Shown: positions 1-12,269 of the stretch, piece after piece
How the letters are laid out: each line of letters starts with the position of its first letter
How positions within the stretch are numbered: position 1 is the first letter of the stretch
Origin: Lepidodermella squamata
Taxonomy: Eukaryota > Animalia > Gastrotricha
DNA: 64,000 nt
Assembly: GCA_047495785.1 (NCBI GenBank)
Contig: JBLDXI010000001.1
Coordinates: 930,001-994,000, forward strand
Reading direction: 5' to 3'
Notes under the pieces: model-generated
What the model was told of the DNA's origin: nothing
Database searches by the model: none
What the model saw: only the letters and a program-made list of their open reading frames with translations
Program-made: the position numbers and the translations under genes

Positions 1-479
1 ACATCTCGTCGGCTGTTCGATACGCTGAGAAAGCGTTCGCGCTTGCGGCTATCATTCAGCAGAGAACCAATTGTGTATTCCTGGCCATCTTCATCCTCCT
101 CCACATCCTATTCTTTGTCCTGCTCCATTGGCTGAATAGCTTCACCGGTGGCAGGAACGCTCGGCTCATGATGTGGCTCCACATTGGTATCCGCGGTTTC
201 TTGAGATGCAGCCGCTTTATTCTTGCTTTTCTTCGCTGACATTGAAACCGGTTCTTGACCAGCTTCATCAGCTTCATCAGCTTCATCGAAAGTTTGAGAA
301 GCAGCATGATGATCAGTAGAGCCTCTCCGCTGCTCCACCTGCCCCAGTCGTTCCATTTGACGCCGGGCTTCGTTAGCTAGGCGGGTGCGCTCCTTCTCTT
401 CCAGAAAAAGCTCCTGTCGAGCAGCTTCCTTTGCAGCTTCTTTTGCTGCTTTTTTATTTTCAACACCACGAGTCGCCAT
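1..479 (-). pseudogene. Charged low-complexity ORF with an in-frame TAG at 108-110; the frame stays open past it to the window edge
   Basis: MATRGVENKKAAKEAAKEAARQE...MEQDKE*DVEEDEDGQEYTIGSLLNDSRKRERF: the acidic composition continues across the stop. Family not recognised. Confidence 0.35.
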
Positions 480-668
480 AAAATGTAGAGAGAACTCATA
501 AAATAGATTTCACGCACTGATCGCTAAAAGCTAAAGCTAAAATAAATAATCGCAAATAATTTCTTGATGCAAAAAATAGACCGACACGAACGACCAGCCC
601 CACCACTCCGACCGCACAACATGGGGACAAAAATAACTGGGACTTTGACACTGCAAATCGAGCCTATA

Positions 669-770
669 ATGACTTCGATTTTCTGTTTTAAGTACCTGAG
701 ACTATTTTTGGCTGCAATTTCGTTTCATCATGCGGCAAAACCGACTCGCAATGTCTCTACCTAATTTTGA
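669..770 (+). pseudogene. Internally deleted remnant of the GT92-like gene at 3432
   Basis: 669-718 resembles 3432-3481 (MTSIFCFKYLRL vs MTSNFCCKYLRL) and is joined directly to ~53 nt identical to 3752-3804. Confidence 0.8.
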
Positions 771-1012
771 AAACAAAGCAGAAATCAAAAGTCAATGCTA
801 TTTCCAACCGAATTGATTCTTTATTTTGATTACGCGCATGTTTTCACAGCGATTTCAAGACAACAGTTATAGACACCTAAGACATCAACAAAGAGAGTTG
901 TTAGAACAATGTGGTTTCAAATGGCGAGCATATTATGGAAGACATTGTTGGACTAGGTTAAAAAACTGTTAAAAAACGTTCATTTTCTGAAAGCGCAACA
1001 AATCGCATTGAT

Positions 1013-2783
1013 TTAACAAGCGCGGATGGTCCATTCAGACGGATCGTCGATCAACTGGACGCGGCTGCCACTGCTGCTAGTAGGGTGCTTCAAGAATCGA
1101 CGGTTGTTGCTATTCTTCAGGTAGATGCAGTCGTCGAATTTGATTTGACCTTTGCCGTTGTTGCATTTGATGATCTGCCAATGGAACTTGCTATTCGTGG
1201 TGTGACGAGCGTCACGGTAGTACAGCCAAGAGTGGTTCTCGAAAAGCCAGCGGCCGTTAGAGCTGATGAACACGTAATCGCCAGTCGTTATTTGTTTGCC
1301 ACGGCTGAGCCCCAAATGGACGAAGATGTGCGGGACGGGCGGGGCCTGGTACTGGCCCTCGTCGTTTGAACCAGGCGTTGAAAGGCCCTTGTTCGTGTTG
1401 CCGAGTAGGCATAATTGCGTGACGCCAGTCCAGATGTACGTATCGACAGGCTTCGGCGTCGTCACAGGCGTCGGGTAGGCCGGAGGTTCGCACGAGTCGA
1501 CGATGCCAGCAGCCTGGGCGTACACTTCGCAGTAATTCTCAAGAGCCATCGTGAGAGCAGCACGTTTCTTAGCCAGAACCGTCGCGTCAAAATCTGGGAA
1601 GTACTTGGGCAGCAGGACGTTGACAATCGACTGCAGCCTGGTGATTTGAATAGGCACGGGGTTGTCAAAGACTTGGCCGACCCACAACTCGGCCTTCTTG
1701 TCATCAGTGGTCAAGTTCGCTAAACAACGATGAAACAAATAGCTAGAAAATGCGTCATGAAAATAACTTACAGACAGCAGGTGGCTTGGATCCAATGGAG
1801 ATGGTTGCCCGGCTTGAGACCTGAAACAAAAAGTTGAACAAAGAAGTTAAATCATGCTAGTTGAACCTTTGAGTTGAACGTAGAGATGCGTTGTTCGAGT
1901 TCCGCTGTGGAGATACCCATCTTGGCAGCAACTGACACGAGACCGTAGGTTCCGGAAACTTCAGTAGCCAACTTGGCATCGGTGGCACGTTCTTGAAATT
2001 TGGACGAGTCAGACTCATGAATAGTGAAACGCTCGCCGTACGACGCCCCCATCACCATTGACGCGACAACGTGGGTACCGAAACTTCCGAAGAAATTGAT
2101 GTAGCTATTAAAAACAATAAATAATTTCGGTAGTGTTTTAAAAAATTAAATTACGCCTCATCGTATGAATCAGTCGAGAATTTTTCAGGCAACTGTTCAA
2201 CGGCCAACCGAAAGTTGTAGTCGACATTGGGCGTGTCATACGCATTGAGAGACGCAGAGTAAACGCTGCATTTCGCCGATGTCTCGATGACCAAGCTGCT
2301 CGATTTCTCCATTTCCTTGTTGATCGATTTGTAATCGAGGCTTCCTTGGAACGCAGCTTTGGCCAACTTGCCGTAAGACACTTCGCTCTCCATTGTGATG
2401 CCTTTCCTCAGATCTTCCAGGTAACTGCGGCTGCTGTTCGAGTACTTGGAGCCAAAATCCAGCGAGCACGAAAGGTCGTTGACAACATCGACGTATTCCG
2501 GGATGACGTAGCGCAAATCAGCGGTTAGCCGGCCGCAGAATTTGCTCATGAGGTCGAAGACGCGCTGGCGGAAGCCCGGGTCGATGCCTAACGAATGCGG
2601 GTTGCCAGTAAGAACGTCGTAGCCTTTACCGAGGAAGTCGATGTTGTTGAAGACAGCCTTCGTATTGCTTCCGCCTGTTGTAACCGGCATCGGCGGACAC
2701 TTCGAACGGTCAGCAGGAGTTGTTTGCCCATGAACCAGTGATATCAGCAGTAGACACCCTATAGCGCTCCAGAACCACAACAT
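1013..2783 (-). CDS. Secreted MACPF (perforin/apextrin-like) protein with a C-terminal beta-rich domain; exons ~2783-2155, 2104-1867, 1820-1772, 1719-1013
   Basis: Signal-peptide-like start MLWFWSAIGCLLLISLVHG; NIDFLGKGYDVLTGNP..DPGFR; AKCSVY; MACPF signature YINFFGSFGTHVVASMVMGA; three 46-52 nt GT-AG introns restore one frame. Confidence 0.85.
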
Positions 2784-3431
2784 TTTCGGTGGATAAAATT
2801 GATAAAATTTGTTAGTAGGACAAGTTGTGTTAAAATGTGAATGGTGGAATAGCTGATCTAAAGCAGGCGCTTATATAGGCGATCGGCTCGTGATGTATGC
2901 GAATGGGCCAAATTTACACGCGTGTTCTTCATATTGTTGATAGAAGCCGCGCAGTTTGCGCACGTGTTCCGTCAGAGTCGCGCGACTCGTTGCGCAACCA
3001 AATTTTGACAGCCAGTGTAAATAACGCCAAAGCGAAAGTCCAATTTCCCCAAATTCTGGCAGACCGTGAGAATGTATAGAAAATGTTGGAATTTGGTTTC
3101 ACGAGATTGCAACGCTATTCGGTCTAATTCACATTCGTCAAAAGAATACAGTACGATTAGAATACGATTTGTAATAAAATATTAGAGTGAACCGTTTGCA
3201 CCCGGTGATTCATAACATAACTGCTGTTTACGCTGATTATAATGCATACATTTTTACAGCACAAGACCACACAATACTTAACAATTCACAAAACAATAAC
3301 GTGGCTGTAGCGCGCCCCTTTGCCAGTGTATTCTACCCATTACTGCCCCATTTATGTTGTTCTAAATTTTAAATGTCGCTTAACAAAAGCTCGATTTTTT
3401 GCTACATTTTCTATTTCCAATGTGAATATCG

Positions 3432-5102
3432 ATGACATCAAATTTCTGTTGCAAGTACCTGAGACTATCGCTGGCCGCAATATTGCTGATCGGGATTTTA
3501 TTCATCGCTTACTCGCAATTTTTTTCTGCATCAGGCGAGCTTCTAGAATTGGCATTAGAACTCGAACAATCAGAATGCGGCTCGGATAATCAAATTCCTA
3601 TGCTTCAAAATGATATTCCAAGCTTTGAAAAACTCAAATTCGAAACGTGCCGCCAGTTGTTCGACCGCGAACTTCATTGCCAGGCTGGGCCAACCGAGGC
3701 TAGTCAGGTCGATTATTTCGCTAACAGCAAAAAGCCTTTAATAACAAGCGCTTTCGTTTCATCATGCGGCAAAACCGACTCGCAATGTCTCTACCTAATT
3801 TTGATGATGTATAACATTTGCTACGAATTGGGCTGGAAAGCGGACGGCTGTCAAGATGCGAAGCTTCATTTGCCAGGCCTTTACTCAGATTGGATAAAGG
3901 AAACATTATGGAAAGCGGAATTTTTCGGCAGCTCTGGCGATCGAAATGGCCTGAATAATCTTCATAATTGCATACCTGTTACTAATAAAACAGGTCATGG
4001 CGATGAGGATCGATCTAACTGGACACTCACAATCAAATGCGGTTTAACTAGTCTAGAGTTTAGCAAGGTTCGAAGGCTTCAATCAATCGATTAATTTGAT
4101 TAATTAATTTTTAATTGAAGGAGAATTTATCAAAGGTGTCTTTACACGCTTACTTCGTGGAGAATGATACATTGAAGTTCAGCAGCCCTACGCAGAGGAT
4201 TTGTAACCATGACCAGGTTATACCTAAGACAATAAAACTCGCAGCTTTCACCATGGTTAAATTCAACCGCCCCTTTCACCATATTGTCGATTGGATCGAG
4301 TACCACTTGTTACTAGGCATCGAACATTTCATCATTTGTGTGAATGAACCTCCGTTAAGATTTCACACAGTTCGAAGGTTTTTTCGCGATATTGGCTATG
4401 AAGAGATCACTACATTGATACCTCTTCACATCGTCTTTCCTAACCTTGTAACACCAGCTGGTTTCGTCGTTCAGCATGCAGTTCTAACAGACGCGATTTA
4501 TCGAATGAAGGTATGTATAATTTGGATTAAAATTCGAGTTCATCTGAAGTTGAAAATTGTAGGGGCGAAGTGAATGGCTAGCCATGTTTGATATCGATGA
4601 ATTTTTCGAGCTTTACCCGGCTACAACGCAAAATTTGTTGGATTTCGTGGAGGCAAAACGCGAAATTTCGCCAAACCTCGGCGCTGTTATGTTTAAAAAC
4701 TGGTTCTTCTCATCGCCCGGCGCAGAAAATTTGACTTGCTTGAAGGACAAACCACGATCGAAGGTGGCCGATTTTACTGTTCGAATGGATTCATTCACGC
4801 CTGAGGGGCGAGAAAAGTTGATACTGCGGTTGGATAACGTGAATTACATGTCTATTCACCACGTTTCCAATGGCGGCCCGGTTGTTGTAGTCGACCCGTA
4901 CCGCGAGGGTCGACTGGTTCATTATAGAGTACCCACTTTATCAGCGTTTAAAATGGATGAGAATTTGCATCGCGATTACAGCTTATCGAAACGATATGGC
5001 CAATTGATGACAACAGCTCTCCTGAGAAAGAATTTCGATTTGGACGATAAGAATTATAAATTTTGCTCGAAATTCCCGAATAGATTTTTCATTGAAGAAT
5101 AG
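3432..5102 (+). CDS. Glycosyltransferase family 92 (DUF23)-like type II membrane protein, copy 1; exons 3432-4067, 4121-4510, 4563-5102
   Basis: N-terminal TM helix; DWIEYHLLLGIEHFII; WLAMFDIDEF (DxD motif); REKLI; LVHYR. Confidence 0.8.
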
Positions 5103-5299
5103 TAAATTTTAAATTTTCTTTATTATACTCATGACAATGAATAAAATGATAATAAAAAACACAAAAACTCTTTTGTTCCAGGATTTTACTACAGTTACTC
5201 ATTCTTCAAAGAGAGTAGTCTTATAATGTATGCTTCATGTCTCTTTTAGCATGGTAACTCTCTCGTCGCATGAGGTAACTATAATCACTAGCAGAAATT

Positions 5300-7034
5300 A
5301 TGGGCAAAGTCACCCATAGCTACATGCCCCTGGCTACCAATGTCGCTAAGCCAATTGATCTCAGCTGTTTGCGAAGAAACTACCTGTTACTACTCGGATT
5401 ACCTTTATACACAATCGTCTTGGTCTGGTGGCTCAGGTGTAAGGCTAACAATTTCATCCCACAAGCCTTATCACTCGGAATGACGCAGCAAGACATTGAT
5501 TTTATGAAAACCATTTCGAAAGATCGCGTTCTTATGGACTGCTCCACTACGCCCACAAAAGTTCCAGAGGAACGTCGATCGAATCCGGAATGGAGGTTCG
5601 AAGTTTGCCGGCAACAATTCGACACCGAGTTTGAATGCAATATGGGCGATTCTGTCTGGAGGCGAACAGCGTTTTTAACCGCTAATTTAGTTCCTATACC
5701 TGGCAGCGTTTTCGTGTCGGACAAAGGAGTAATAACTTTCATCCTAATGACCTACAACCTGTGTTTCAGTCATCAGTATTCGGATTACTGTAAGTATTAC
5801 AAGAAGAAGACAGTTCCAAACTACGCTGCTTGGGCGTCTAATAGCACGTATTGGAGGGCGATTTTAAGTGTTTCCGGCGAAAATCATGGCTTACCTGTGT
5901 ATCCTCAATTTCGCGATTGTTGGACAGTTCTCAACGCTACTGGGCACGGCGATGAGTCAATCCATACTTCAGATACTAATTTTATATTGGTAGTCAAATG
6001 CAATCTGACAGCCTCAAGGAAGTATGGCGATGGTGGAGTGGTATCAACGCCAAATAAGGACCTTCAACGAGTATCTCTGCAAGCTTTTTCGGCCGAAACT
6101 GGCGTGATGACTATGCAGAGTCAGAATCTGCTTGTCTGCAACGATAACTGGACTATTCCTATAAAGGCTAATCTTGTTGCTTGTACCATGATTGCGAGAT
6201 ACAAGACCTACGAGCGCCTAGCTGAGTGGATTGAGTACCATCGGCTAATAGGCTTTGAACATTTCGTATTTTACTTCAACGAACCGCCGATTGATTTTTG
6301 GATGTTTTACGACAAATTCAGAAAAATTTACGGTTCTGATCTTGTCACCCTGGTGCCGTATGACATCGACATACCTTGGGCTATTTATCGCGGTTTTTAC
6401 TTTCAACGTCCCATTCAACACGACTGTTTATATCGGCTGAAGGTAAGGCCAATTTTCATGCAAATTTTTGAATATTATCCTTGTAATAAAGGGTCGAGCG
6501 CGATGGGTTGGAATGTTTGATGTTGACGAGAATATCCAGCTATATGCACCTAAAGGAGTTATACCCAACTTGACTCGATTCCTCGAAGGAAAACAAGCTG
6601 AAAACCCGGAAATTGCGGCGGTTATGTTCAAGAATTTCGACTTTGCGACGCGCATGAAAATAAATGGCTCATGTGACCAAAAACTGGTACCCAAGGTAGC
6701 TAAAATTCAATGGCGTACGGAATCTTACTTCAAAGGAGGCCGGGAGAAACTCATATATTTCGCCGATAAGACCAACTACTTCACGATTCATGTAGCAACG
6801 AGTGGCGAAGTTACCTACGAAGTAGATCCTGTTAAAGAGGGCCGATTGGTTCATTATCGCTTCGAGCCGTACTACAACTACGAGGAGGATAGAGCTGCTG
6901 GTAAGCTTCAACATGACTCGAGTTTGGCAGATACTTTCGGCGATATTTTGACTCGCAAACTTGCTAACATGACTCTGATACCTGAGGGTGGTTATTCAAA
7001 CGTTAGCGATGTATGTCCCGAACCACTGGAGTGA
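5300..7034 (+). CDS. Glycosyltransferase family 92-like protein, copy 2; exons 5300-6442, 6492-7034
   Basis: TM helix; EWIEYHRLIGFEHFVFY; QRPIQHDCLYR; WVGMFDVDE; shares the intron position after YRxK with copy 1. Confidence 0.82.
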
Positions 7035-8334
7035 CAAATAAAAATGAACTTTTTTTAAGGGGGCTTTTTCAGGATACCGAAATTTGGTGCACATAGAGGA
7101 TTGTCCGCCACGCAACGCGGTCATCTCTTTCCTTTATTAGAAAATAAGGAAGCTAGGCTTTATGAGTCCATATCGACCAGATTTTGAATTATCGTTGATA
7201 ACGACAATAATTGCGTTTAGGTTTAAATTATGCCGCACAGGCGCCATAAACAATAAAAACTTAGTATTTTATTCTGCTTTATTACTCTCGCGTTTATTAT
7301 CGCCTACTCCCAATTGAATATCCAACCGCAGCGGTGCAAAGCTTTAGCGGGAGGTGAAAATTTTTAAAATAAATAAATTATTCTAGCATTAACGCGGGAT
7401 GCATGCGCGATTGATTTATATTAGAGCCGCGGTAATAATAATAATGAATCGGGCTTGTGTAATGTATAAATTTGCTTTGTGTACTTTTGATACGCCAATT
7501 GACGCCTTTATTCATATATTATCTTAGAAAAATCATCGCCATGGAATTTTTTAACCTGATTCATGGTTACGAATACAGGATAGTAATCAATTCTAGAATG
7601 GCGCAACAGTTCTGCTTGTTTGCCCGCCGTTAAATTCAAAGCCCAGGGTTGATCGAACCGGAACTCGGTCACAGTCAAGTGATTAATCGACAAACGGCCC
7701 TTCAAAAAATAAATTCATACATACTTGTTTACCCGCCAATATGCGCCAATTTCCGACGTAAAAAACGGCTGTTCTATTTTTGCATGGGGATGAGGAAAAT
7801 CTATGTGGTCGTAGGGTATATGGCGATGAGTTAGTTCTCTCATGTCATGCACGACATTCAGGTGGATGCGGCTGCTGCTGCTGTGCGTGTAGCGAAATGG
7901 CTTCCTGTGCTTTTTGCGGCTGTTAGTAGTTTCACGATCAAAAATGGCACGGCGGGGGCTAAAATGACTTTTTGAATAGCTGCGGCGTCGCGTCGAGCGC
8001 GCGCTTTCAATATACCTATATACCTAGCTAGGCTCTGTGACCTTGGCGCCGATATATCTTGGAATTATTATAAATCGATTATTGCATTACGGTCTTGCGC
8101 GCGCGCTCTCTCAACGTCTCGCTTGTTTCCTGAAATAACACTTCAATGCTATTACCGTATTAATATTACTATTAAGACTATATAGCAGCGAGCCTTCGCG
8201 TTATTACATTATATAAGCCGACTTTTCAATCAACTTTTTTTCAATCTTTCCTCTTCATTATAATCATCGGGACGCGTGTGCTATAACCTAGCGGCAAGTA
8301 CGCACATACCGCGACCGTCTTCCTCTCGCAGCTG

Positions 8335-8368
8335 TAATAATAATAATAATAATAGTAATAATAATAAT
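8335..8368. repeat. (TAA)n microsatellite
   Basis: About 11 TAA/TAG units visible. Confidence 0.85.
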
Positions 8369-11227
8369 GCAGCAAGGTAGGCACGCAAGGCTCGGGCGCT
8401 CAGTGATTTGCCTAGCCTACCTTTTTCAACTAGCCGCGCCTCACTCCACAATGCGGCTGATTGACATTCGAAAAAATCATAATAGAGAGCGCGCACACTT
8501 TTATTAATATTATTTGTATTACTAGCGCAGCGAGTGATCGCGACACGCACGTAAAGCTACGCGCCTGTTGTTCCACTCTCCTCAGTCGGCACAAAAAAAT
8601 CGGTGAAAAACTTTTCGCTCCCTCACTTATAATAACTTTCTACTGTCATCAGCGCGCGCCCGCCAAAAAATGACTAAGATACACTCTACAATATTATTAT
8701 TAATTATTAGGTTATTTGAAGGCTCAGTTAGAGGTTGAGCACGCTGGATAAATATATTATATATGCGTATCTATGAGCGGGGTACGTATAACTTCGATCG
8801 CGGTTTAAATCAAGGTGGAACTGTGCGACGTAGTAATTATGCTACTACTATTTCTATATTATTGCTGCTTTTAATAAGTCTAACAGCCGTATAATGTATA
8901 TTGAGCTCCCACTTTGAAGTTTCACCGCTCTAGTATCGCACAAAAAATAACTCAATTATTGCCTATGAAATAAAAATCAAAACGCAATATAGATATTTTT
9001 GAACCACTTATCTTTGCGACAAAGCTATATTAAAGATTTCTCTCCTCGTTTTTCGAGTACTTTTCATGAAACAAGAGCGGCTGAAAACGGCGACGTCGCC
9101 AGCTAGTGTTCTAGGCCTTGGCAAAATCTTACGACGAGCTTTTAACGCATGCAATTGCACACCTTAATTGCTATAAACATCAAGAAAATTTACTTCGAGA
9201 AACCTCACATTGATCTATTCGCTTGAGTCGTATTTTCAAATACTGCGTTTAGGCAGAAAGTCATGTATTTTAAATCGAGACATCGGCCCGTTTTTATGAA
9301 TTCGATCAATCATGCATAGGCTACGCATTGTTACTGCATACCAAGTTACCTTTTGATCGAACTTGGAGATATTTGTAATACATGCGCCGGCTGCTATTAA
9401 GAGTCCCTACGTGTGTATGACGCATACGAGGTCAATTTATTATGGGTGTAATATTGCATTGGCGCCGGCGTTCTTCATTTCTCTTTATTCGTACTGTTTT
9501 ACGTGAGCTATTTTCGATTCAATTCATGGAGTTGCAATTTCAAAAATGTTCAACCACCACCAGCATTTTTACCAATGGCGGGGAGTGCACTTTCCGCAAC
9601 CCTCGCTCTTTACCCTCCGGAAATTGGAAAGAAAACTTCATTTTTTTTCATATAATACTTCTCGGCATTCATCATCGTAAAAATTTGCGACTGCAATTTT
9701 GTAAATTTCGCAGGTGTATACACATTTTGTAGTGGGCGAGTGTGCTAGGAAAAAACTCTGACTCGTAATATCACTTTCTGATTTTTTTGTTGAGTGTATC
9801 GCAGTTAGCGAGTGCGGTCGTCGAACAATGGCGGCGAGCTCACGATTTTTTAAAAGCGCGCAGTTCCGCAGCCGCGCGCGCGCGCTCGCAGCACAGGCCC
9901 TTACTCGTCGTCGTCGCATTTCCGCTAAAAAACAACTGCTGCCACGATAAATACACATCATCATCTCAACGTTCAGCTTTTTCGATATACACACTAATGC
10001 ATAATTCATTGCTGCCCGTCTGGCACATATCGCGCCATTTCATTACAGGCGATATGTTTCACTTTACGGTTACCGTAAACTTTACGGATTTTTTATTGAC
10101 GTCTCGTGAAAAGAAACCACTTAAACACCCACACGATCTGGCGATGCGTGTCGAAGCGGCACTGGACCTTGGCAAACTATTTTTATACTTCCCTCTTTTT
10201 TAAACCTTCATCATCTTTATGCCGGTTTAATAAAGCCATATCCTGAAGTTCTAAAAAAATCTAAAGCTATTTTTGTCCTTCATGACGTTGCGTCATTCAT
10301 ATTTATTCCCTGATTTATTTGATGAATGCAAAAAAATGGATTGCTCTCTTTCATTAATTTTTCTCTCGAAGATTTTTCTGGCAAATAATCTAGAGCGAAT
10401 CGGTTTTTTTGTATCCTTCTGTTTGTTTTTGGCCCCGCGACGTAAAGGGCGGCGTAAAATAATCGCCTAAATGACGCTACTTGTCGCATGTTTCAGGAGG
10501 CGGCTCTCGCCTAATTTAATATAGCTGAGGCCGTTGACAGATATCGTGCGCATATAGGCGATGCGAACGATATAAAGCGAAGTTCAAAAAAATCAACGCT
10601 CGGTTGACGCGTATCACTGCTGCTGAAACGCCCACGTGACATTATATTCTGCCACAATTTTCAATGCTCAATTAAGAAGCAAAACAGTGTCTTTTTCACT
10701 GCTATATCCTTACACGTTGTTTAGGTTTTGAGTGAAAATGTTTCGAAATTTACTATAAAATTCAACAGTGCATAGCCATCGATTTTTTTCGGGCTCACGG
10801 CTGCCGGCACAATCACTTACACCCTTCAGTTGGGCCATTTGATGTCTTCTCTTGATTCGTGCACTTGTGAGGCGAATTGCTACTCACTTGACGCAACATC
10901 ACGGCTCGTATGGCTTCTTCTATAAAAATCTAAAATTTTCGCGTAATTCACCTACACTCCGTACCTGTTGTTATATCGGGTTCAAAATTTAATGTTCAAT
11001 TATTTTATTTCAGGTTATTTATTTAAATTTTTAAATTGAAAAATTGAGCCTTTGCCACGCCGACGAGGCTGCACTTTACGTCTCGGAAAAATTGTAGTAA
11101 AATCGGCGCGTGAATGGTCGACGAATTTCGGTCGCTTTTCATCAGCATAGCAGCAGCGTTTATCGACAGGAAATAGCAGCCGATTGTCCACAGTTGTTTG
11201 TTCTCACGCCTGGCTGGTTCCAACAAC

Positions 11228-11246
11228 TATATATATATATATATAT
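11228..11246. repeat. (TA)n microsatellite
   Basis: Run of TA dinucleotides. Confidence 0.85.
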
Positions 11247-12269
11247 TGATCTTGGTGTTCCGTTTTAATCCGTGACAACTTGAGCCATGAAAGCTATATT
11301 CGATCAAAATTACCAGGGCAATTTGATAAGCTCGGCAAAGTACGCAGCCGCCGGTTGGGTCGAAAAAGGTCGCAGGTATGTAATAATCATATTTTTTCAC
11401 ACTTCTCACGCTTCATTGCGGAATCTAATGATTATATCGTGTAGTAATATAAGAGGCAGTGGGACGTCGTTTTTATTAGATGAAATTCCAGGGTTTGCCA
11501 GGGGAAATCCCGTGGTAAATTGATCTCATTTCGATTGACATATAACATCGTTGTTCATAATATTAGAACGCTGATTTTTTCTCGAAATTGATTGAAATGT
11601 TGAAAAAATCGTTCATTTCGAAATCGCGGCTATGGTCGCAAAATTTTGACCCCGTTTCAATGATTCCTTACTTTAGGTACGTTTTTCATAGTTGATCATC
11701 CGATTTTTGGGGTAATGTATGCTATTTTGTAAGTTTGTTACTCATCGGAAAAAATTGCGATAAATTTTGCCGCGTTTTTGCCGTGAATCGCCGACCGAGG
11801 GACATGATATAGCGCATATATAGAAGGGCCTATTATATGACACACCTTCATACATTGCGATGCGGCGCAACATGCCCTAGGTGACCACTGACGTGATCGT
11901 CAATTATTTGAACAATTATGGTACATAGAGGCAAAAACAAGAAATTGCAGGTCTTTTATTCATCGCAAAATTAGCGGCGTGAAAATCCTGGACGGTGATC
12001 GATATGTCTGTCTTGTGCAGGCGATGAATAAAAAAATATATATAGCAGAACCATTTTTCTGTTGGCGAGACGTATGCATTGATTTTAGGCTTTGCAGAAA
12101 TATAAATTAGGCAACAAAGGCAAATTTTTAATTAATCAAAGTGGATCAACTTTTTTACGTGTTTTGATAATTCTGCGAGGCGGGGATTTTCCCAACAACT
12201 TACTAAAATAGGCTGCATTTTCTACTGTTTAAATAATATTTTGATGACGCGTGAATTTGCCTGTTGAAA

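Noticed and set aside
1013-7034. Bacterial contamination or recent horizontal transfer of the MACPF/GT92 block
   Set aside because: The genes have host-type ~50-nt spliceosomal introns. Ancient transfer cannot be judged without a phylogeny.
7508-11523. Short ORFs upstream of VGLUT
   Set aside because: Low complexity or microsatellite-derived, with no domain signatures or consistent exon chain.
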